Assembly (NCBI GenBank): GCA_964487775.1
Contig: CAZASH010000003.1
Location: 1,377 to 65,376, forward strand
Length of the DNA stretch: 64,000 bases
Direction: 5' to 3'
Source of the DNA: an uncultured Ruminococcus sp.
GTDB taxonomy: Bacteria; Bacillota; Clostridia; Oscillospirales; CAG-382
Every line of letters starts with the position of its first letter. Within the stretch, counting starts at the first letter, position 1. Below are positions 16,935 through 27,304 of the stretch, piece by piece. A model generated the notes under the pieces. The model saw only the letters and a program-made list of their open reading frames with translations, was not told the origin of the DNA and searched no databases. The position numbers were made by a program, and so were the translations under genes.

Positions 16935-19900
16935 GTGGAGTTCGTTCATCTGCACCTCCACACAGAATACAGCCTGCTTGACGGTGCGTGCCGCATAAGC
17001 GAGATACCCGAGAGAGTCAAGTCCGCAGGGCAATCAGCCGTCGCCATAACCGACCACGGTGCACTTTACGGAGCGGTGGATTTTTATCGTGCCTGCATCA
17101 AGGCCGGCATAAAGCCTATCATAGGCTGCGAGGTGTATGTCGCTCCGAGGCGCATGTCAGACAAAAAGCATCCTGTCGACTCTGATTATTCGCATCTCAT
17201 TCTGCTGGTCAAAAACGAAACAGGCTATAAAAACCTGACAAAAATAGTTTCGCTTGCATTCACCGAGGGCTTTTATCAAAAGCCGAGAACAGATATAGAA
17301 ACGATAACCAAATATCACGAGGGGCTTATATGCCTTTCTGCCTGCCTTGCGGGCGAGATACCAAAAAGCATCATAAACGGCGATCTGCAAAAAGCGACCG
17401 CCGCAGCAGAAAGATTCATGGGCATATTCGGCAATGATTTTTATCTCGAGCTGCAGCGCCACGGCATCGAAGAGGAGCTGAGAGTCAACAGCGCCATCTG
17501 CAATATTTCACGTTCGCTCGGCATAGAGCTCGTCGCCACCAACGACGTGCATTATATTTCAAAGCAGGACAGCGAATTGCAAAGACTGCTGACAGCCGTT
17601 TCGACCGCTTCTACGCTGTCCGACCTCAAGCTTGCCATGCAGGGCGACGAATATTATTTAAAATCGACAGACGAGATGCAAAAGCTGTTTGCCGACATTC
17701 CGCAGGCTATAGCAAACACAAAGGTCATTGCAGACAAATGCAGGTTTGACTTTGATTTCAGCGTCATGCACCTGCCTGCCTTTTATCCGCCAGAGCATCT
17801 TACATCGGCGGAATACCTGCGCAACCTCTGCATAGAGGGCTACAACGACCGTGTCAAGAACGGACTTATCCAAAAAAGCAAGGAATATACAGACAGGCTG
17901 ACCTATGAGCTCGGCATCATAGACAGCATGGGCTTTAACGAATACTTTCTGATAGTCCACGACTTTGTGGCATATGCAAAATACAGACATATTCCTGTCG
18001 GCCCCGGACGTGGCAGTGCGGTAGGCTCGCTTGCCGCCTATTGCCTCGGGATAACCGACGTCGATCCTATAAAATACGGCTTGCTGTTTGAGAGGTTTTT
18101 GAACCCCGAACGCATTTCCATGCCGGATATAGACATAGACTTCTGCGACGAGCGCCGTGGCGAGGTCATCGACTATGTTGCCGAAAAATACGGCAGAGAT
18201 CATGTCGCTCAGATAATAACCTTTGGCACTATGGCGGCACGTCAGGCGGTTCGAGACACAGGCAGAGCACTCGGAATATCATATTCACGCACCGATGAAT
18301 GCGCAAAGCTTATTCCGCGGCACCTCACTATCAGCGAGGCGCTCGAGAGTGTGCCCGAGCTAAAGCAATTGTGCGAGTCGGACTCTGAAATAGACAAGCT
18401 TATAGCCTATGCCAAGCGGCTCGAGGGACGTCCTCGCAATACCTCGACTCACGCAACGGGCGTGGTCATTACAGACAGACCTGTCACAGACTATGTTCCG
18501 CTTGCGGTCGGCGAAAGTGCGCCCGTGACGCAGTATACGATGAACACGATAGCCGACCTCGGCTTGCTCAAGATAGATTTTTTGGGGCTCAGGTTTCTGA
18601 CAATCATAGACAACGCAATAAAGATGGCGAACGAGAACGGCGCAGGTCTCTCGGCAGAAAAGATAAATACCGACGACGAAGCGACATATGCAATGCTTGC
18701 AAAAGGCAGGTCGATAGGTCTGTTTCAGCTTGAGAGCGACGGAATGCGCTCGTTGCTTATGCGAATGAAGCCCTATTGCTTTGAGGACATCATCTCGGTC
18801 ATCAGTCTTTACAGGCCCGGCCCGATGGACAGCATAGGCAGATTTCTGGCAGGCAGAGCAGACCAAAACGCAGTCGAATACGCTCATCCCCTGCTAAAGC
18901 CTGTATTAGGCGGCACATACGGCTGCATAATCTATCAGGAGCAGGTCATGCAGATATGCCGCACGCTGGCAGGCTTCACCTATGGTCACGCCGACGTTCT
19001 GCGTCAGGCGATGAAAAAGAAAAAAGCAGAAATAATGGACGTCGAAAAAAAGGCGTTCGTCGAGGGCGCAGCCGCAAACGGCGTCAGCGAAAAGGTCGCA
19101 AACGAAATATTTGCGCAGATGCGCGAGTTTGCAAGATACGCCTTCAACAAGAGCCATGCGGCGGCATATGCGGTCGTGGCTTACAGAACAGCTTATCTCA
19201 AATGCCATTATCCTGCTGAATATATGTGCGCACTGCTTCGCTCGGTCATGGGCGACACCGCAAAGGTCAAGCAGTATATCGACGAATGCACAGACATGGG
19301 CATCAAGGTCTATCCACCCGACGTCAACAGGAGCTTTGAAAATTTTGCGCTCGAGGATGGCGGCATACGATTTGGACTTGCTTCTATCAAAAACGTCGGC
19401 ACGGCGTTCGCACGCAACCTGATAACAGAGCGCCAAAAGAGGCCTTTCGGGTCGCCTGCCGATCTCATAGAGCGAACAGCAGTTTACGGCAACGTTCGTA
19501 TGCTCGAAGCGCTCATAAGATGCGGAGCGCTCGACAGCTTCGGCATATATCGCAGCAGGCTGATGAGCGTGCTTGATGCGGCGGTCGAATCTGTTTCAAG
19601 GCGGCGCAGCAAAAGCTATGAGGGGCAGTTGTCGCTCTTTGGCGGTGACGACGTGGATGCGGAATTGCAGCTCGACTACCGTGAGATAGACGAGTTTCCG
19701 TTATCGGCAAGGCTTGCCGACGAAAAATACCTCTCGGGACTTTATCTCTCGGGACACCCTCTCGACAGATACAGAGCGTATATAGAAAGCAGCGATGCAA
19801 AAAACACGAGGCAGCTTTATGAGGGGCTTACCTCCGGTGCTATAAAAGAAAAATCTGTTGTCAACTTTGTCGGCATGATAGCAAAAAAGCGCGACATAGT

Positions 19901-20363
19901 GACAAAAGCGTCAGGCAAGCGCATGGCGATACTCACTTTGGAGGATCTCTATGGCGAAGTCGAGATGACCGTGTTCCCAAAGGATCACGAAAAGGTCAGC
20001 GCACTTTTGAATGTCGGCGGCATTTATCGCTTTGTCTGCGAGGCAAGGCTTGAGGACGCCGCAGGCGACGACGAGCAGGATACCGTCAAGCTGATATTCA
20101 GATCCGCAAAAATGCTCGGAGAGGGCGAAGCGGCACAAACGCCGCGCAAGCTGTTTTTGCGCATCACACCGCAGAACGAGCATTTATTGATGCAGGCGGT
20201 CGAAATGCTCAAAAAGCATCCGGGCGCCGATGCGATACGCATATATTATGTTTCAACAGGCAAGCTCACCGCTCCAAAAAGCGGCGGCTGCAATATATCC
20301 GACGAGCTTATCTTTAGGCTCAAGGCTCTTTTGGGTGACGACAACGTCGCCGTAAAGGACTGA
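16935..20363 (+). CDS. dnaE: DNA polymerase III alpha subunit, DnaE type
   Basis: FVHLHLHTEYSLLDG, GPGRGSAVGS, FLNPERISMPDIDIDF, KIDFLGL, YAFNKSHAA. Confidence 0.98.
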   Translation: MEFVHLHLHTEYSLLDGACRISEIPERVKSAGQSAVAITDHGALYGAVDFYRACIKAGIKPIIGCEVYVAPRRMSDKKHPVDSDYSHLILLVKNETGYKNLTKIVSLAFTEGFYQKPRTDIETITKYHEGLICLSACLAGEIPKSIINGDLQKATAAAERFMGIFGNDFYLELQRHGIEEELRVNSAICNISRSLGIELVATNDVHYISKQDSELQRLLTAVSTASTLSDLKLAMQGDEYYLKSTDEMQKLFADIPQAIANTKVIADKCRFDFDFSVMHLPAFYPPEHLTSAEYLRNLCIEGYNDRVKNGLIQKSKEYTDRLTYELGIIDSMGFNEYFLIVHDFVAYAKYRHIPVGPGRGSAVGSLAAYCLGITDVDPIKYGLLFERFLNPERISMPDIDIDFCDERRGEVIDYVAEKYGRDHVAQIITFGTMAARQAVRDTGRALGISYSRTDECAKLIPRHLTISEALESVPELKQLCESDSEIDKLIAYAKRLEGRPRNTSTHATGVVITDRPVTDYVPLAVGESAPVTQYTMNTIADLGLLKIDFLGLRFLTIIDNAIKMANENGAGLSAEKINTDDEATYAMLAKGRSIGLFQLESDGMRSLLMRMKPYCFEDIISVISLYRPGPMDSIGRFLAGRADQNAVEYAHPLLKPVLGGTYGCIIYQEQVMQICRTLAGFTYGHADVLRQAMKKKKAEIMDVEKKAFVEGAAANGVSEKVANEIFAQMREFARYAFNKSHAAAYAVVAYRTAYLKCHYPAEYMCALLRSVMGDTAKVKQYIDECTDMGIKVYPPDVNRSFENFALEDGGIRFGLASIKNVGTAFARNLITERQKRPFGSPADLIERTAVYGNVRMLEALIRCGALDSFGIYRSRLMSVLDAAVESVSRRRSKSYEGQLSLFGGDDVDAELQLDYREIDEFPLSARLADEKYLSGLYLSGHPLDRYRAYIESSDAKNTRQLYEGLTSGAIKEKSVVNFVGMIAKKRDIVTKASGKRMAILTLEDLYGEVEMTVFPKDHEKVSALLNVGGIYRFVCEARLEDAAGDDEQDTVKLIFRSAKMLGEGEAAQTPRKLFLRITPQNEHLLMQAVEMLKKHPGADAIRIYYVSTGKLTAPKSGGCNISDELIFRLKALLGDDNVAVKD

Positions 20364-20386
20364 CCCTACGCAAGGAGGCAATTATT

Positions 20387-23134
20387 TTGGCAAAGAAAAT
20401 CAAAAAGCAATCACAAAAAACAGTCGACAACGCCGCCACACGACGCCTCGACACGACCAGAATAGCAGGCAGCGCTCACGGCAGCACTACCGACAGCACT
20501 GCGGTCTTCAAGGGGCTTTGGCATCCCGAGGACGAGCAGGAGCAGGCTTCCCCCGCAGGAGGCGCAATAGCCAAAGAGACCGCCAAGGTCACGCTCGGCA
20601 TTCTGCTCACTGTCATACGCAAGGCATTGACCTATGCGCTCAACGCACTGTTTACGCTTTTACTCGTGCTGATAATAACAGGTGCGGCTGCGGTGCTTGC
20701 TTTCGTGGTCTATATCAAAAACTATATCGACCCCGAATACACAGGCCTCGACAACCTGCAGTTTGATTCTGCGCTTTCTACGTCGCTCTTTTATCTTGAC
20801 GATAACGGCAACGAGATAGAGCTCGAGGCTGACAGGCTGTATGCGAGCGAAAACCGACTTTGGGTCTCATACGGCGATATTCCGCAGACGTTGATCGACG
20901 CATATATTGCAGTCGAGGATCAGCGCTTTTTGACACACAACGGCGTTGACACCAAGCGAACGCTCTCGGCGGTCTATAACTTCTTTATGCCGACGAGCAG
21001 CTCATACGGCGGTGGCTCGACCATCACCCAGCAGTTGATAAAGAACGTTTCGGGCGAGAACCAGACGACTATACAGCGCAAGGTACAGGAGATGCTGCGT
21101 GCGCTGAATGTCGAAAAGAAATTCACCAAGACCGAGATACTCGAGATGTATCTCAACACGATATACCTTTCTCACAACTGCAACGGCGTGCGTGCCGCAG
21201 CAGAGACCTATTTCGGCAAGGAGCTCAAGGATCTGACTTTGGTCGAATGCGCCGCCATCGCGGGCATAGGCAAGTCGCCTATCAGATACGACCCGATAAT
21301 CAATCCTCAGAACAACCTGACACGCCGCAATCTCGTGCTCAAGCTGATGCTCGAGCAGGGCAAGATAACGCAGGCAGAATTTGACGAGGCTTATGATGCT
21401 CCGCTCATGCTCAAGACCGACGACGAAGAGAGCTCGACCGACTCCTCCACACGCATCAGGTCATATTATCTCGATGCGGTCATGGATGACGTCATCGATG
21501 CGCTCATGCAAAAATACGAGTGCGACACCGTCACGGCATCTCAAATGCTTTACGCAGGCGGCTTGCAGATAGTCACCTGCATGGATCCCGACATCCAGGC
21601 GATAGTCGACGAGGTCTATACAAAGGACGAATATTGGGCAACCACCACAGGCATCAAGGGTCAGGGCGCAATGTGCGTCATGGATCAATACACAGGCGAC
21701 CTTTTGGCAATCAGAGGCGGCAGAGGTGAAAAGACTGTCAACCGAGGTCTTAACCGAGCCACACAGAGCAAGCGACAGTGCGGTTCGTCGATAAAGCCGC
21801 TTTCGGTCTATTCGCTTGCGGTAGAAAAAGGCATCTATACCTACGGCAGCTCTGTCGACGACTCACCGGTCATTTATTATGAAAGCACTGATTCATACTG
21901 GCCGCCCAACTCGTCAAAGACCTATTCAGGCAAATGCAGCCTCAGCTATGCTATACAGCGCTCGCTGAATACTGTCGCTGTCAGAACCTGCATGATGCTC
22001 GGCGTTGACACGGTCTATGACCATCTGGTCAACAGCCTCGGCTTTACAACGCTCGTTGAGAATGTCACCTATGAGGACGGCAGCTCGTTCTCTGACAAGC
22101 AGCTCTCCCCTCTCGCACTCGGCTCTTTCACTTATGGCGTAACAGTGCGTGAGATGACACAGGCATATGCAACACTCGCAAACGGCGGCACGTTTTTAAA
22201 GGCCCGCACGTTCAGCGAGGTCAGAGACAGCCGCGGCAACATCATTATCGATAACAGCGACAAGGGCCGCACGGTATTCAAGGAATCGACCTGCTATATC
22301 ATGACCAAGCTGATGGAGAAGGTCATTTCGGGCAGCTACGGCACATCCCGCCGTGACGTCAAGTTCTATAAATCCTTCCCTGGACTCGAGGTCACAGGCA
22401 AGACCGGTTCGACCAACGACAACAAGGACAACTATTTCTGCGGCTACACGCCCGACTACACCATTTGCAGCTGGTATGGCTATGACAACAACAAGACGAT
22501 AGTTGCCAGCGGCAACCCCGCAACTCAGGCGTGGGACACAGTCATGCGCAAGATATACGAATACCACGAGGCAAACAACATTCCTTATACACTCAAATTC
22601 ACAGTTCCCGCAGACGTTGAAACAGGCATTGAATACTGCTCGATCTCGGGCAAAGCTCCCTGCGATGCGTGCCGTGCCGACCTCGGCGTCATGAACGGCG
22701 AGATGAAGGTCATATACGACGACGGCGTTTATACCAGAGACACTATTCCCACCGAGGAATGTGACTGCCATATCATGGTCGACTATGACAACGTGACAAA
22801 GGCGGTTTCGCTCGACGGCTGCGCCTGCCCCGAATCGAACATCATTCAGGTCAGCCTGCGCAAGGTCGACAGAACGCTTTATAAAAACATCAGAGTTTAC
22901 GATGCCGGATACCTCTGGTATCCTGTCATAGGCTATTATGTGCCGCCCGAAAGCACCTCGGTGTCATATTGGCGCTATCTCCTGCCCGAAGGCGTTTTTA
23001 TGGGCTATTCAAACTCGTCACGCGAGCTCGCCCCCAACAGAGTGTGCAAAGAGCACTGGGTGGGCATAACGCAGGACGAGAGCTCCGCCGATTCAAGCAG
23101 CAGCGACGATCAGAGCCTGCTGCCCGAATGGTAA
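20387..23134 (+). CDS. Class A penicillin-binding protein (PBP1A family) with Cys-rich C-terminal extension
   Basis: TM anchor; transglycosylase EDQRF, GSTITQQL, RKVQE; transpeptidase SSIK (SxxK), SLN, KTG. Confidence 0.93.
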   Translation: MAKKIKKQSQKTVDNAATRRLDTTRIAGSAHGSTTDSTAVFKGLWHPEDEQEQASPAGGAIAKETAKVTLGILLTVIRKALTYALNALFTLLLVLIITGAAAVLAFVVYIKNYIDPEYTGLDNLQFDSALSTSLFYLDDNGNEIELEADRLYASENRLWVSYGDIPQTLIDAYIAVEDQRFLTHNGVDTKRTLSAVYNFFMPTSSSYGGGSTITQQLIKNVSGENQTTIQRKVQEMLRALNVEKKFTKTEILEMYLNTIYLSHNCNGVRAAAETYFGKELKDLTLVECAAIAGIGKSPIRYDPIINPQNNLTRRNLVLKLMLEQGKITQAEFDEAYDAPLMLKTDDEESSTDSSTRIRSYYLDAVMDDVIDALMQKYECDTVTASQMLYAGGLQIVTCMDPDIQAIVDEVYTKDEYWATTTGIKGQGAMCVMDQYTGDLLAIRGGRGEKTVNRGLNRATQSKRQCGSSIKPLSVYSLAVEKGIYTYGSSVDDSPVIYYESTDSYWPPNSSKTYSGKCSLSYAIQRSLNTVAVRTCMMLGVDTVYDHLVNSLGFTTLVENVTYEDGSSFSDKQLSPLALGSFTYGVTVREMTQAYATLANGGTFLKARTFSEVRDSRGNIIIDNSDKGRTVFKESTCYIMTKLMEKVISGSYGTSRRDVKFYKSFPGLEVTGKTGSTNDNKDNYFCGYTPDYTICSWYGYDNNKTIVASGNPATQAWDTVMRKIYEYHEANNIPYTLKFTVPADVETGIEYCSISGKAPCDACRADLGVMNGEMKVIYDDGVYTRDTIPTEECDCHIMVDYDNVTKAVSLDGCACPESNIIQVSLRKVDRTLYKNIRVYDAGYLWYPVIGYYVPPESTSVSYWRYLLPEGVFMGYSNSSRELAPNRVCKEHWVGITQDESSADSSSSDDQSLLPEW

Positions 23135-23140
23135 ACGAAT

Positions 23141-23812
23141 ATGTTCAAGATAATGATCGCAGAGGACGACCGTGAGCTCAGGCGGCTGTTCTCGAGGGTA
23201 CTGACCAAAAACGGATACGCCGTCACCGAGGTTGGTGACGGCTCCGAAGCACTTAAGGCGCTTGAAAACGGATATTTTGATCTGATCATTTCAGACATTA
23301 TGATGCCGCACACAGACGGCTATGAGCTGGTCGAGGCGATGCGTGATGCAGGCATGATGACGCCTGTTCTGATGATAACCGCAAAGGATTCGTTTGATGA
23401 TATGCGCCGAGGCTTTCTCTCGGGCAGTGACGACTATATGGTCAAGCCTGTCAACATCAACGAGATGCTTTTGCGTGTCGGTGCTTTGCTGAGGCGTGCG
23501 CAGATGATCAACGAGCGCAGGCAGACTGTCGGCGGCACTGTGCTCGAATGCGATTCGCTCACCGTCACAACAGACGGTGTCAGCATGATATTGCCGCAAA
23601 AGGAGTTTATGCTGCTTTACAAGATGGCATCCTATCCCGGCAAGATATTTACAAGGCAGCAATTGATGGACGACATCTGGGGCTATGAAAGCAACACCGA
23701 TGCGCACACGGTCGATGTGCATATCGGCAGGCTTCGTGACAGGTTCAGAGACAGCAAGGATTTTAGAATAGTCACTATCCGAGGTGTCGGATACAAGGTC
23801 GAAAAGCTATGA
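23141..23812 (+). CDS. OmpR-family response regulator (HssR-like)
   Basis: IAEDD, SDIMMP, ITAK, DYMVKP, LPQKEF, FTRQQLMDDIWG, VDVHIGRLR. Confidence 0.93.
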   Translation: MFKIMIAEDDRELRRLFSRVLTKNGYAVTEVGDGSEALKALENGYFDLIISDIMMPHTDGYELVEAMRDAGMMTPVLMITAKDSFDDMRRGFLSGSDDYMVKPVNINEMLLRVGALLRRAQMINERRQTVGGTVLECDSLTVTTDGVSMILPQKEFMLLYKMASYPGKIFTRQQLMDDIWGYESNTDAHTVDVHIGRLRDRFRDSKDFRIVTIRGVGYKVEKL

Positions 23813-24864
23813 AAAGATCTATCAAAAACTCAAAGCATCTGCAGGAATACACCTTTAAATTCAGGCTCAAGATCAGGTTTTATTTCATCATCGTCACCGA
23901 ATTTATCACGACGGTCGGCATATCGCTGCTGATAGCGGCGGGCATCAACAGCCTGTTCGGCATCACGGTCGACTTTCCGTCATGGGCGTGGATGCTGATA
24001 ATTTCTGCGGTCATAGGTGCGACGGCGACAAACTTTGTCGTCAGAGCGCTCATCGACCCGATAGACAAATTGGGCAAGGCTATGCGCAAGGTCGCAAAAG
24101 GCGATTTTTCGGTCAAGCTCGAGCCCAAGGGCACGCTCAAAGAGATCACTGATATGAACACCAACTTCAATCTTATGGTCGACGAGCTATCAGCCAACGA
24201 AAACCTGCAATCCGATTTTATGTCGAGCGTCACGCACGAATTCAAGACACCGATAACCGCCATCGAGGGCTATGCCACGCTTTTGCAGGACAGCTCTCTG
24301 ACAGATGACGAGAGAGACGAATACATACAAAAAATACTGTCGGGCACATCGAGGCTCTCGAGCCTCGTGGGCAGTCTGCTTTTGCTTTCAAAGCTTGAGA
24401 ACGGAGCGATCCCGCAGGCAAAAACGTCGTTCAGGCTCGACGAGCAGGTGCGCTCGGCGATAGTTGCGCTCGAAACAAAATGGGGCACAAAGGGCATCGA
24501 CATCGACGCAGACCTCGCCGAAATAACCATAAACGGCTATGAATCGATTATGTACCACGCATCGCTCAACCTGATAGACAACGCCGTCAAATTTGCAAGC
24601 AGCAACAGCGTCATCACGATAAGGCTGTGGCGGTTCGGCGGCTATGTCAATTTTTCGGTCGAGGATGTCGGCGAAAAGATACCCGAAAACGATCTTGACC
24701 GCATTTTTGACAGGTTTTATCAAGCCGACAGCTCGCACTCGGGCGAGGGCAACGGTCTTGGGCTTGCGCTCGTCAGGCGCATAGTCGACGGCGTGAACGG
24801 CGATATAACAGTCAGCAACACGCATCAGGGCGTCAGATTTGTTGTAACGATACCCAATGAATAA
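23809..24864 (+). CDS. HAMP-domain sensor histidine kinase
   Basis: Two TM helices, HAMP, H-box VTHEFKTPI, N-box NLIDNAVKF, IFDRFYQ, GNGLGL; overlaps the regulator. Confidence 0.93.
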   Translation: MKRSIKNSKHLQEYTFKFRLKIRFYFIIVTEFITTVGISLLIAAGINSLFGITVDFPSWAWMLIISAVIGATATNFVVRALIDPIDKLGKAMRKVAKGDFSVKLEPKGTLKEITDMNTNFNLMVDELSANENLQSDFMSSVTHEFKTPITAIEGYATLLQDSSLTDDERDEYIQKILSGTSRLSSLVGSLLLLSKLENGAIPQAKTSFRLDEQVRSAIVALETKWGTKGIDIDADLAEITINGYESIMYHASLNLIDNAVKFASSNSVITIRLWRFGGYVNFSVEDVGEKIPENDLDRIFDRFYQADSSHSGEGNGLGLALVRRIVDGVNGDITVSNTHQGVRFVVTIPNE

Positions 24865-24865
24865 T

Positions 24866-24891
24866 AAAAAAGAGCCACGCGGCTCTTTTTT
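24866..24891. terminator. Bidirectional terminator
   Basis: AAAAAAGAGCC-acgc-GGCTCTTTTTT between convergent genes. Confidence 0.85.
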
Positions 24892-24906
24892 GTTATGCTT
24901 TTTAGA

Positions 24907-25620
24907 TCAAGTTTCTTCGATATGAGTGACATAGTCGAGGCTGCGAAGCGCTTCGATTATCTCGGTGTGCGTCTTATATTTCTTGAGCTCGGCGCTGTTT
25001 ATCGATATAGAGACCGAATAAACGCTTATGCCCGAATTGGTGTAGGCAGGGTTGGCTTCGATGTCGTCGATCTTGAGTCCAAGACGCCTGATTATTGCGA
25101 CGAAATTGCTGAGGCAGGCGCTGTTTTTGAGCTCCAATTGTATCTCAAAATAGTTTGATCTGTCCTTGAGATACCTCTCGAGCACAGGCAGGATAGACAG
25201 GCAGCACAAAAGCACCGCAAAGCAGACGAGTGTGACTGTATAATAGCCTGCGCCGGCTGTCAATCCGATGATGGCGCAAGCCCACAGAGCCGCCGACGTG
25301 GTCAATCCCTTGATCTGGCTGCGTGAGTTGACCATCAGCGAATGCACGCTTATGACGGCAGCGCCGAGGACCGATGCACCCGAAAGAATAAACAGCTCGG
25401 TCAGCCCCTCGGCAACGAGATAGGTGTCAAGCAGGATTGTTACCGTCATGGCGAGCGAGATAAGAATAAAGGTGCGCAGACCTGCCGAATGTCTTTTGCT
25501 CGAACGCTCGCAGCCGATTATGGCGGCAAGGCATATCGACAATACGATTCTCAGCAATATTGCGCCTATGGTGAGCGTCTGCGACCATTCACCCAGCATT
25601 TTTGCGATAGGATCTATCAT
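24907..25620 (-). CDS. MgtC/SapB family membrane protein
   Basis: IIGCER..HSAGLRTF, IKGLTTSAALW..IGLTAGAG, C-terminal ACT-like region. Confidence 0.9.
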   Translation of the reverse strand: MIDPIAKMLGEWSQTLTIGAILLRIVLSICLAAIIGCERSSKRHSAGLRTFILISLAMTVTILLDTYLVAEGLTELFILSGASVLGAAVISVHSLMVNSRSQIKGLTTSAALWACAIIGLTAGAGYYTVTLVCFAVLLCCLSILPVLERYLKDRSNYFEIQLELKNSACLSNFVAIIRRLGLKIDDIEANPAYTNSGISVYSVSISINSAELKKYKTHTEIIEALRSLDYVTHIEET

Positions 25621-27068
25621 TTTTTGTTACCTCCCGATACGAGATGTGCGTGTACGCCCGAGATGGCGTCGAGCTGCTCCTGTGCCGCCTCGGTAAAGGC
25701 GACCTCTTCTTCGCTGATATGCTCCTGTCGCAGCTCCTCCCGGATCTTCTGAATGCGTTCTATCAAAAGCTCGACGTCGTTCTTTTGGGGCTCTTCGCTC
25801 TGTGTTTCGAGCGGCACGATGTCCTCGAGCTTGGTTGAATAAGATTTTGAGAGATAAAGCGAAAGCTTTGCGCACGCAGGACCTATAAGCTCATACAGCA
25901 CGCTGGATGCAAGAATGACTGTTTCGAGCGCGTTGCCCGCTTCACCGCCCAGGATTCTTGCGCCCATGGCGGCAAGACCGATTGCGACGCCCGCCTGCGG
26001 TATAAGCGCAAGTCCGAGATAATTGCGTATCGCACCGGACGAGCCTGCACAGATCGCTCCGACAAAAGCACCGATATACTTGCCTGCGATACGCACCACG
26101 AAATACAGCACGCCGACCACCAGCAGCGACACACCGCCTATAGCGCCCGACGGATTGACAAGTGCGTGCAGGTCAAAGGCGAGTCCGGATCTGACAAAGA
26201 ACAAAAGCAATATCGGAGGGCTGAAATAATTGAGCTGCTTAAACAGCCTGTCATCGTCGGCGGTATTGACATACACCGTGCCCATCGACATACAGCCCAA
26301 AAGCGGAGAAACATCGACGGTGGCACATATTCCGCAAAAAGCAAACAAAAGCGCTATCGCTATGATCAGTCGGTTGTCTGTCGAGCGCTTTTTGTGAATG
26401 AGCAGCTTCATCACAAAGCCGAATGCTCCGCCGAGCACAAGCACGCCGATATTCTTTGCGACAGGCAGTGCTACGCTCGAAAAGCTGAATGCCGCACCTG
26501 TCAGCGAGGTGACTGCCACGGATATCGAAACGCTGTATGCAAGCAGAGCGACTATGTCGTCATAAGCCACCACCTGCAGCAGCGTGTCGACAAACTCGCC
26601 CTTTGCGCCTGTCTGCCTTATGGTCATCATCGTCGAGGCAGGCGCAGTCGCCGAAGCGAGCGCCGCAAGCACGATCGAGAACGACAGGTCGAGCTTTAAT
26701 ATCCAAAAGCAGAGCGCAAACACCGCAAGCGATGCCATCAGCGCTTCAAAAACAGTTATCACAAGCACCTTGCGAATGCTGTTTTTGAGCTTTGACAGCT
26801 TAAAAAATTCACCTGTGCTGAATGCGATAAACGCAAGCGCTATATCGGTCAGAAATTCTGTGCCGTCGATAATAGACTGCGGCACGAGGTCGAGACAAAA
26901 CGGGCCTATCAGTATGCCTGCCGTGATATACGCCGTCACGTTCGGCAATCTCAGCTTTTTGGTGATGCGTGTCATCAAAAAGCCGCACATCAGCATAATA
27001 GCTATTGAAATAATAATAGGCGCAACACCTGAGCGTTCCGCCAAATCTATATATAATTGATCTAACAT
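25617..27068 (-). CDS. Cation:proton antiporter (CPA2 family)
   Basis: About 12 TM helices; LPNVTAYITAGILIGP, IAFSTGEFF, SATAPAS, YDD, LIPQAGVAIGL; GGAGG RBS before 27068. Confidence 0.88.
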   Translation of the reverse strand: MLDQLYIDLAERSGVAPIIISIAIMLMCGFLMTRITKKLRLPNVTAYITAGILIGPFCLDLVPQSIIDGTEFLTDIALAFIAFSTGEFFKLSKLKNSIRKVLVITVFEALMASLAVFALCFWILKLDLSFSIVLAALASATAPASTMMTIRQTGAKGEFVDTLLQVVAYDDIVALLAYSVSISVAVTSLTGAAFSFSSVALPVAKNIGVLVLGGAFGFVMKLLIHKKRSTDNRLIIAIALLFAFCGICATVDVSPLLGCMSMGTVYVNTADDDRLFKQLNYFSPPILLLFFVRSGLAFDLHALVNPSGAIGGVSLLVVGVLYFVVRIAGKYIGAFVGAICAGSSGAIRNYLGLALIPQAGVAIGLAAMGARILGGEAGNALETVILASSVLYELIGPACAKLSLYLSKSYSTKLEDIVPLETQSEEPQKNDVELLIERIQKIREELRQEHISEEEVAFTEAAQEQLDAISGVHAHLVSGGNKK

Positions 27069-27146
27069 CAGGCAAACCTCCAAAACAGACCTTTTGTTTA
27101 TCTATATATGCAGATAAAATGCCAATAATACCTTTTTTGAAACTGT

Positions 27147-27175
27147 ATTGTAGCACACAAAAGCAGGTTTGTCAA
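27147..27175 (-). promoter_or_regulatory. sigmaA promoter of the antiporter-mgtC pair
   Basis: Minus strand: TTGACA, 17 bp, TG-n-TACAAT. Confidence 0.7.
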
Positions 27176-27228
27176 CCTTTGGCAAGGCAAGTTCATCTCT
27201 AAAATTGAAATAAATCTCATATTTTATA

Positions 27229-27257
27229 TTGACACGAGGGGCTCTTGAGAGTATTAT
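27229..27257 (+). promoter_or_regulatory. sigmaA promoter of serC-serA
   Basis: TTGACA, 17 bp, TATTAT. Confidence 0.7.
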
Positions 27258-27304
27258 GATAATAATTAATAAAACCAATCAGCCAATTTGCAGGAGAAAA
27301 CGAT

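Noticed and set aside
16935-20363. Intein in DnaE or PolC
   Set aside because: Both have ordinary lengths and contiguous motifs; no splice-junction residues or inserted endonuclease.
27176-27304. Riboswitch or T-box leader before serC (also checked before patB)
   Set aside because: Leaders are too short (under 50 nt after the -10) and lack the conserved motifs.
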